A stretch of 64,000 nt of DNA from positions 28,026,001 through 28,090,000 of the forward strand of contig CM097885.1 in assembly GCA_044892525.1 (NCBI GenBank). Reading direction: 5' to 3'. How positions within the stretch are numbered: position 1 is the first letter of the stretch; each line of letters begins with the position of its first letter. A model generated the notes under the pieces. The model ran no database searches and was not told the DNA's origin. It worked only from the letters and a program-made list of their open reading frames with translations. The DNA is from Schmidtea polychroa (taxonomy: Eukaryota). The position numbers and the translations under genes were made by a program. This document shows positions 55,216 through 64,000 of the stretch, piece by piece.

Positions 55216-58108
55216 TTAAAGTTCTTGTTTCGATTTGCATTCATTTGTAGACGGAGCAGTTGCGATATGCATTTGACGAATCTTATAGTGACCGTAGGCA
55301 TAGCTTTCATTAGAATTGAACCAATACCTTTTTTCATCCAAACATTGGAGAGCTCGTTTTTCAGTAATGAAAGTATACAACTGATGATTAACACTTCCTA
55401 TTCTCTTTTGTTGGATGCTCACTGTTCCACCATCAGTATACACTTTTTTATAGGCTTCATGGGTGATATTAGAATTTGTAAGACTTATTCCTTTGGCTTT
55501 TAGAGTGTTTTTATCTCCTTGGAGTGAGTAGCACTTGGGTCGAAGAAACACCCATTCTTTATATTGATTTCCTTTATTCTCATCCTTGAATTTCCCGATT
55601 ACCGAACAAATTTTATCTGAGAACAATGGATCAGTCACCGGATAATTTGAAGTATCTAGGAGCCCATCGGCAATCATTTTTGGATACAGTTGTAAGCGTA
55701 AATCAACATTTTTACACTCTAAAAAGAAGGAATCTGTGTCACCGGCTACGATATTAATTTGACAATTGAATTCTTCTCTATAACTCTGTAGTTCTTTATA
55801 TTGAAACTGGTACATGCGAAGTTTAGATAAATCAAGTACGGTTTGTCCAATATACATTGGTCTATCTAAACACACCATTTCCTTATCAAGTATAACAGCA
55901 ATGAGATCATCCGCAATCTTGATGCTACGACGAAACATAGGATTACTACAATAAGTTATCAATCTTTTGCTTTTGCTGCATAATCTCAAATTTATACGTT
56001 TCTTAAGGTTTTCCACGGTTTTACCATATAAACTGTTGTTCTTTAACTTATAATAATCTCGCTGAAATGAATCTGTACTAGCTGCTCTCATTTGAGTATT
56101 GTAATCAATATAGCGTTTGAAAATAGCTACTTGCTTGAATTCTACAGCACGATTAACTTTTGTGACTTTTGCGCCGTAACTCAACCACTCTGTCAAAACT
56201 CTACCATTAACTACATAGTTTTTCTTAGGCTCATGAGTTAACAACAGCTTTTCAACTTTACTACCAGGTGGATAACAAAGCTCAGGAGCTATAGGTAAAT
56301 CATCTAGCTTATCTTGTATACTATCAGGAATGACGATGTCAACCTCTAGAACATATCCACGATCTCCATCAAACTCATCCCCATTTGCACATCTTTCAAC
56401 AATACCATTCATTTCAGTATGATCATTTATCCATCTAAATTCACCAATAGGAAGTTTTTGCGACAGCGCCCATCCATATAAATTATTAACATCTAGGTAT
56501 GACATTTGTGTTGATTCATCAGCTTCAACATGATGTTTGTTGATAAATGTCATTCCACCACGAATACCAGCTTCAAATAAACGGTAAAGCTCTGGATCTT
56601 GAATAAGTTCTACCGGTTCAGGTAACTGTTTAATAGCTGATGCCCAACTTAATCCGGGTATGGAAACAAACGATAAAGCCTCAAGTCCATCTTCGTCAAA
56701 TGTTTTTTCTCTGAAAGCTTCAAAAACATCGGCCAACACAAAAACATCCAACTTGAGATATACTAGCATGTAATCTAGCAGTGTCTCACAGTTATATTGT
56801 CGCCAGATTTGATTTGCATGTATATAATCTTCTTGACTAACTCCCTCCCAAATCGATGGTAATTCTGTTATTGACTGTAAAACATCCATTGACGTAGCAA
56901 TATCATAAGGAAATATGCCTTTACCAGTTATTAGATGCGAATTGAAAATCTTTGAAGTAAGTGGAAGACGTGGCAAGTTTTTTGATAAATTTGCCAAGCT
57001 GCTATTTAAAAATTGTAAAGAATCAATGAATCTAATTCTTCTGCCTTTCGATGTCGCTGTAAGTGTGAGAAACTTTTCTGTTGATTGAGGAATAACAATT
57101 AAATTCCAATCTGGGAATTTTCCAATTGCATATTTTAATATATGATGAATGTCATATCCACGAAGATTATGAAATACAACAGGTAAAGACGGATTGATTC
57201 TTCTAGCCAAATTACAATCTTGACACGCTGCTCCGAGATATTGACCAGTAAAATGATCATGATCTCGAACGGGTATATTGATAATCTTTTTACAAAGGTA
57301 GCAATGAGTTTGAGTCGTGAATTCTTCCTGCTCTTCCCAAGTGAGTTCCATCATTTCCTTTGATCCATTAATTTTATACCACGGATAAACTATGTCTGTA
57401 GCTATATCATCCAATGCTTGTATGAACTGAATGATACAGTTTTTCCCAACAAATGTTTCATTTCGGATCGGACAACCTTGATGGAGAAGCACAAATTCAG
57501 ATGCAATCGGCTCATGTTTTTGGAAGTGTTTGTCATCTAGAGGTAATATCGATTCAAAGTCCGCGTAGACAACAAACTGCTGTTTTATAGTTTTACTCCA
57601 ATCTTTAAATTCGATATATTTATTCTCTGGCATTGAGTATAGAGTCGTACGCTCCACATTCTTCCTACAAAGACCTATATGTCTTTCAAAAGCAGGACGT
57701 TTTTGAAACCCATGAAGACACGTATGACACCAATGTGATTGGATTCTGACTCCTTCTACTCTATCTCTGTAATTCAGCAGTCGATCGAGATTAGTTACAG
57801 CCAAAAAATGATAATTTAATTCTAAATTTAGTTAATATTTTTAATGATTAAAGGAAATATTACCTTCTTCAATCAATAGGAGATATATCTGAGATCCCGT
57901 CGAAGTACTTCTATATACCAAGTCAATGAACGGATTCTTGAAAATATCATTAGTTTTTTGTTTAATTGGATCTTTATTATATTTGAGAACATTGATCGCT
58001 AGATTTGGATTAATTGCTTCAAATTGGCAAATGTTAACCAACTTCATCGGAAACCATTCAAATTTCCATTTTAAGTCTTAAAAACAAAATTCAATGATTT
58101 ATGACATT

Positions 58109-58193
<85 letters not shown>

Positions 58194-59265
58194 CCACTTA
58201 AGTTATATTTTGTTGTTCTTTCTCTATTCCGACGTATATCATCATAACGTAACACAGCTAGTATGCTATATAAAAAACAGAATTGATCATTGTTTTGAAC
58301 ATTAACTAAAGCCTGACAGTTTTTCAGGTAATTTGGCGTTTTAATGTAACTTGAACCTAAGTAATCTCTTGATTTATATATATATAATAATGTAAATAAT
58401 CTTACCAGATACATGTATTATGTCTGATAATTTAGTTAAAATCATAGTAACTTCTAATATTTTATGAATTCTCCACCCACTACTTTGTTGAGTGTATTTC
58501 TCCAACTTTTCTTTTAATTTTTCAATTCCATCATTAATAAATGAAGATGACATTGTAATTGCTTTATTCGACAAACACCATTTTTTAATTTCACCATCCT
58601 CTTTGATAAACTCTGCACAAAGTCCAAATTGGATTTTTACTGTCCCCATTCGTTGAATATGATCTTCTATTTCTTTGATGAGACAATCTGGAACAACAAT
58701 GTCAGGAGAATTAATTGCAGATACATCGCTTGTCAATTCAACACGAGAACCGTTTAAGTCAGACTCCCGACGTGGACACAATTGTATGTTAGAGTCTCCA
58801 TTTCCGTAAAATATTGACTTTCGTTTTGTGGTGCCAGAGTTTTGTCTAACTATATTTATAATTAATATTAAACAACTTAAATAACATAACTTGTAACATA
58901 TTCTTTAATCTCCTTAGGATCGTATGATGTATTCATTTTCGATTGTACTATAAAAAATTAATAATTGTTAATAGTAGAAAGAGTATTACTTTTAGTGATC
59001 ATCCTGCTCTTCGTTTCTTCGAATCTTCTAAGATGGTGTCCGTGTTGTCGTACAAACATTAACCACCTACCTGGTGTTATAATGAGACATTCCGGACATA
59101 TGTAACCCGATAAGGTAGAGTCATTTATCTTGAAATATGATGATGTAACTGATTTACAGTTCTCCACATCTTCATGACTTTCGGCAATACAAAATTTATA
59201 TAAACTGCATCCGTTCACTAAAAAATAATCATTAATATTAGATAGAGAATAAAAATTTATTCACT
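55216..59265 (-). CDS. Protein-primed DNA polymerase B (Polinton/Maverick type) with endonuclease VII-like insert; about 1236 aa after splicing
   Basis: YADFES, FHNLRGYD, KGIFPY, YLKLDV, YLDVNNLYG, KLKNNSLYGKT, GDTDS, GKFKDE, KAKGI; CxxC..DHDH..G..CxxCN; N-terminal SSGW and GSSY..NNDQFCF motifs. Predicted introns 59218-59264, 58948-58989, 58850-58890, 58357-58405, 58077-58194, 57822-57863. Confidence 0.92.
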
Positions 59266-60426
59266 TATATAAGTTAAATTAAAAGTTTAAATGACAAACA
59301 TTTGAAAAGTTACTGCTTATATATTACACATGATTAAATTCTGACCAATCAAAATCAAGGAAGGGGTAGGAAAAATAAATATATTCTGACCAATCAAAAT
59401 CAAGGAAGGGGTAGGAAAAATAAATGCATTACATTGCAGTATTTTAAAACTTAAATTTTAAAACACATTTTGACGCTAAAGTTGACTTATTTAACATTTT
59501 CATAATAATTTAATAAAAATAATGTGTTGAACTCACAAAGTAATATCATTTTTTTTCATCAAATTGCAAAACAGTAATAACGTTTTCATAAAATTGTAAC
59601 AAAGTAATAACATATTTCAGATAAATTTTCAACAGTTGTAAAATATTTATCAAATTGTAACTAAAATAATAAAAATATTGCAACAAAGTAATAAAATAAT
59701 GATGTTAATTGGGACAAATCAATACATTATTTCGAAGACGGACAACAAATTAAAAAAGAATATTGTAATAAATTGTGAAGTCTTTCAGTAAATTACAACA
59801 AAGTAATAACATATTTCGGAAATATTTCACCAGATGTAAAATATTTAAGCAAATTGTTATAAGATTATAAAAATATTGCAACAAAGTAATAAAATAATAC
59901 AACATTTTAAACTCTAGATCAATCCATTTTATAGAAAATTAAATTTTATCTCTATAATATATGAATAAATATACAAGGAAATTACGTTAACGTATAATAA
60001 AACATGTGTGTATTACACACAAAACAAGATACATAATTTCTAATCAATCCATTTTATAGAAAATTAAATTTTATCTATATATTATATGAATAAAATCCTA
60101 AGAAAATTACGTTAACCGCGCGAAAAATACAAATTTATCGTAAAAACATGTGTGTATTACACACAACATACGAGACATAATTTTTAATCAAGCTATTTTA
60201 TAGAAAATTAAATTTTATCTATATATTAAATGAATAAAAATCCAAGAAAATTACGTTAACCGCGCGAAAAAATACAAATTTATTGTAAAAACATGTGTGC
60301 ATTACACACAAAGCACCAAACTGAAATTGTAATTGCGCCGTGTTGTAGAGAATTAAATTCTGCCTATACATGGTTACACTTAAATCTCGATCAGACCTGT
60401 GAAAAGAGACATAAAAGATAAAAAAC
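58397..60426. repeat. Left arm of a large inverted duplication (extent limited by window end)
   Basis: Reverse complement of 61972-64000; mirrored coordinates sum to 122397/122398. Confidence 0.95.
59317..59425 (-). promoter_or_regulatory. Pol II-type promoter of pPolB
   Basis: TATATAA at 59317-59323 (minus); CCAAT at 59345 and 59390 inside a 45-bp tandem duplication; mirrored at about 62972-63080. Confidence 0.6.
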
Positions 60427-60720
60427 AGTAGAGTAGTATGATGTGGGCCCGCCCGGCCAGGAGCCCGCTCGGCCACATATACCCCCTCCCCCCGTGTGTA
60501 AAATAATGTTAATAATAATATTTATATATCAGTAGATAGATCTCGCACTGGGCCTTAAAATGAGCTATAGATCAATAAAATCTGTTGGTGGGAACATTAA
60601 GTTTTGAGCAAACGAAAACCAGGAGCCCGCCAGACCACTTAATAATATTTTTTGAAAATAATAATGATTTATGAGTCATCGTATGAGTCATCGAATGAGT
60701 CATCGTTCTAAAAATACATG

Positions 60721-60777
<57 letters not shown>

Positions 60778-60981
60778 TTCTTGGGAGTTGTAATAATAAT
60801 TCTTTGAAAATATCTTAGTCATTATTAATAATACTAATAATACCCTAGCGAGTTGTTGATTGTGAGTAGTACCCTTGTGTGCAGTACCCATGTGACTTGT
60901 TGAGTGTGAGCAGTACCTTTGTGAGCAATACCCATAGGGGGACAGAATATCTTGTCGGATAAACTCGGAGTATATAATAAT

Positions 60982-61041
<60 letters not shown>

Positions 61042-61971
61042 CAACGATTTAAACAAATTAAATTAATATGTAATCGATAATTAAAACAAAGATTATTAGT
61101 TCTAAAATTATTAGGCATCATTCTAAAAATATGACGTAATCATTCTAAAAATATGTGGCATCGTTCTAAAAATATGTGGCATCGTTCTAAAAATATGAGT
61201 CATCGTTCTAAAAATATTAGGCATCGTTCTAAAAATATGATGTAATCATTCTAAAAATATTAGGCATCATTCTAAAAATAATAGACATCGTTCTAAAATT
61301 ATGATGTAATCGTTCTAAAAATAATAGACATCGTTCTAAAAATATTTGGCATCATTCTAAAATATTAGAAAACATTCTAAAAATGTGATGAGTCATTGTC
61401 TTTGTTCTAAAAATGTGATGAGTCATCGTATGATAAAAATCTATATCTCATTAGAAAGTTCTTGCACAGAGCTTTAAAATAAGCTATCGATCAATATAAT
61501 ATGTTGGCGGGAACAATAATTTTTGGGATGAAAAAAAGTAGGTCCCCGCTGGATCACTTAATAATATTTTGAAAAATAATAATAATTTAACGTTGAAAAG
61601 ATGGTGGTCATCAATTGTTAATAACATTAAAACTATTAAAGATATATATGATACCTATAGCTCATTCGAAAGGTCTTGGACTGAGCTTTAAGATGAGGTA
61701 TCGGTTAATAAAATTTGTTGGCGGGAACATTACTTTTGGGAAGAAAAAAAGTAGGTCCCCGCTGGATCACTTAATTTAAAAAAAATTACGTAATAGTTCT
61801 AAAAATATTAGGCATCGTTCTAAAAATATTAGGCATTGATTACGTAATAGTTCTAAAAATATTAGGCATCGTTCTAAAAAAAAATAAAATTTTTTCCCGG
61901 GGGGGGGGGGAGGGGGTATATGTGATCTGGAGGGGACATGGCCGGGGGAGCCCACATCCTACTACTCTACT
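60427..61971. mobile_element. 1545-bp non-coding cassette with Polinton-type AGTAG termini at the palindrome centre
   Basis: Begins AGTAGAGTAGTA, ends TACTACTCTACT; ~65-bp imperfect GC-rich TIRs; shares a 36-bp block (35/36) with 29590-29625. Confidence 0.75.
61096..61420. repeat. About 15 tandem copies of a ~21-bp unit CATC(G/A)TTCTAAAAATATnnnn
   Basis: Seen directly; further copies at about 60701 and 61796-61880. Confidence 0.9.
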
Positions 61972-64000
61972 GTTTTTTATCTTTTATGTTTCTTTTCACA
62001 GGTCTGATCGAGATTTAAGTGTAACCATGTATAGGCAGAATTTAATTCTCTACAACACGGCGCAATTACAATTTCAGTTTGGTGCTTTGTGTGTAATGCA
62101 CACATGTTTTTACAATAAATTTGTATTTTTTCGCGCGGTTACGTAATTTTCTTGGATTTTTATTCATTTAATATATAGATAAAATTTAATTTTCTATAAA
62201 ATAGCTTGATTAAAAATTATGTCTCGTATGTTGTGTGTAATACACACATGTTTTTACGATAAATTTGTATTTTTCGCGCGGTTAACGTAATTTTCTTAGG
62301 ATTTTATTCATATAATATATAGATAAAATTTAATTTTCTATAAAATGGATTGATTAGAAATTATGTATCTTGTTTTGTGTGTAATACACACATGTTTTAT
62401 TATACGTTAACGTAATTTCCTTGTATATTTATTCATATATTATAGAGATAAAATTTAATTTTCTATAAAATGGATTGATCTAGAGTTTAAAATGTTGTAT
62501 TATTTTATTACTTTGTTGCAATATTTTTATAATCTTATAACAATTTGCTTAAATATTTTACATCTGGTGAAATATTTCCGAAATATGTTATTACTTTGTT
62601 GTAATTTACTGAAAGACTTCACAATTTATTACAATATTCTTTTTTAATTTGTTGTCCGTCTTCGAAATAATGTATTGATTTGTCCCAATTAACATCATTA
62701 TTTTATTACTTTGTTGCAATATTTTTATTATTTTAGTTACAATTTGATAAATATTTTACAACTGTTGAAAATTTATCTGAAATATGTTATTACTTTGTTA
62801 CAATTTTATGAAAACGTTATTACTGTTTTGCAATTTGATGAAAAAAAATGATATTACTTTGTGAGTTCAACACATTATTTTTATTAAATTATTATGAAAA
62901 TGTTAAATAAGTCAACTTTAGCGTCAAAATGTGTTTTAAAATTTAAGTTTTAAAATACTGCAATGTAATGCATTTATTTTTCCTACCCCTTCCTTGATTT
63001 TGATTGGTCAGAATATATTTATTTTTCCTACCCCTTCCTTGATTTTGATTGGTCAGAATTTAATCATGTGTAATATATAAGCAGTAACTTTTCAAATGTT
63101 TGTCATTTAAACTTTTAATTTAACTTATATAAGTGAATAAATTTTTATTCTCTATCTAATATTAATGATTATTTTTTAGTGAACGGATGCAGTTTATATA
63201 AATTTTGTATTGCCGAAAGTCATGAAGATGTGGAGAACTGTAAATCAGTTACATCATCATATTTCAAGATAAATGACTCTACCTTATCGGGTTACATATG
63301 TCCGGAATGTCTCATTATAACACCAGGTAGGTGGTTAATGTTTGTACGACAACACGGACACCATCTTAGAAGATTCGAAGAAACGAAGAGCAGGATGATC
63401 ACTAAAAGTAATACTCTTTCTACTATTAACAATTATTAATTTTTTATAGTACAATCGAAAATGAATACATCATACGATCCTAAGGAGATTAAAGAATATG
63501 TTACAAGTTATGTTATTTAAGTTGTTTAATATTAATTATAAATATAGTTAGACAAAACTCTGGCACCACAAAACGAAAGTCAATATTTTACGGAAATGGA
63601 GACTCTAACATACAATTGTGTCCACGTCGGGAGTCTGACTTAAACGGTTCTCGTGTTGAATTGACAAGCGATGTATCTGCAATTAATTCTCCTGACATTG
63701 TTGTTCCAGATTGTCTCATCAAAGAAATAGAAGATCATATTCAACGAATGGGGACAGTAAAAATCCAATTTGGACTTTGTGCAGAGTTTATCAAAGAGGA
63801 TGGTGAAATTAAAAAATGGTGTTTGTCGAATAAAGCAATTACAATGTCATCTTCATTTATTAATGATGGAATTGAAAAATTAAAAGAAAAGTTGGAGAAA
63901 TACACTCAACAAAGTAGTGGGTGGAGAATTCATAAAATATTAGAAGTTACTATGATTTTAACTAAATTATCAGACATAATACATGTATCTGGTAAGATTA
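61972..64000. repeat. Right arm of the large inverted duplication (runs off the window)
   Basis: Mirror of 58397-60426; ORFs 58958-59218 and 63179-63439 encode identical peptides. Confidence 0.95.
63132..64000 (+). CDS. Second copy of the pPolB gene, 5' exons (truncated by window end)
   Basis: Predicted introns 63133-63179, 63408-63449 and 63507-63547 join MNGCSLYKFC...ITK-IQSK...YVT-IRQNSG...DIIHVSG. Confidence 0.85.

Noticed and set aside
55213..55503. Plus-strand ORF overlapping the pPolB 3' end
   Set aside because: Antisense shadow ORF with no independent support.
61096..61420. CRISPR-like appearance of the 21-bp array
   Set aside because: Units abut with only a few variable, recurring bases; no unique spacers, no cas genes, eukaryotic context.
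60219..62146. ORFs 60219-60476 and 61922-62146 as genes
   Set aside because: They start at non-ATG codons within the TIRs, have no recognisable motif, and resemble each other only because of the inverted repeat.

Overview
Very AT-rich, microsatellite-laden eukaryotic DNA. Short introns, (AAT)n arrays and an intronless rhodopsin-type GPCR suggest a flatworm such as a planarian (inference). Host genes: CRIPT, an intronless Dcp2-like Nudix gene with a partial near-identical duplicate, a rhodopsin-family GPCR, a chimeric eIF3f pseudogene, and a multi-exon AAK1/BMP2K-type kinase (minus strand; 5' exons not found in the window). They sit among nested hAT, Tc1/mariner, piggyBac, Penelope, gypsy and Helitron debris. 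The main interest is a Polinton/Maverick (adintovirus-like) family present in three forms that share AGTAG-initiated termini. (1) A 253-bp cis-only mini-element with a perfect 6-bp TSD (3471-3723). (2) A left-truncated element (about 25350-29836) with a pX-like protein, an A32-type packaging ATPase, a TBP-like gene and a Bcl-2-like gene. (3) An apparently intact protein-primed DNA polymerase B gene, about 1236 aa once six predicted phase-1 GT-AG introns are removed (55216-59265). Its 5' part is mirrored in a >=2-kb near-perfect inverted duplication centred on a 1545-bp non-coding cassette with its own AGTAG termini (60427-61971). No capsid, protease or Polinton integrase gene was recognisable. 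All family calls rest on motifs read by eye; no database search was run.
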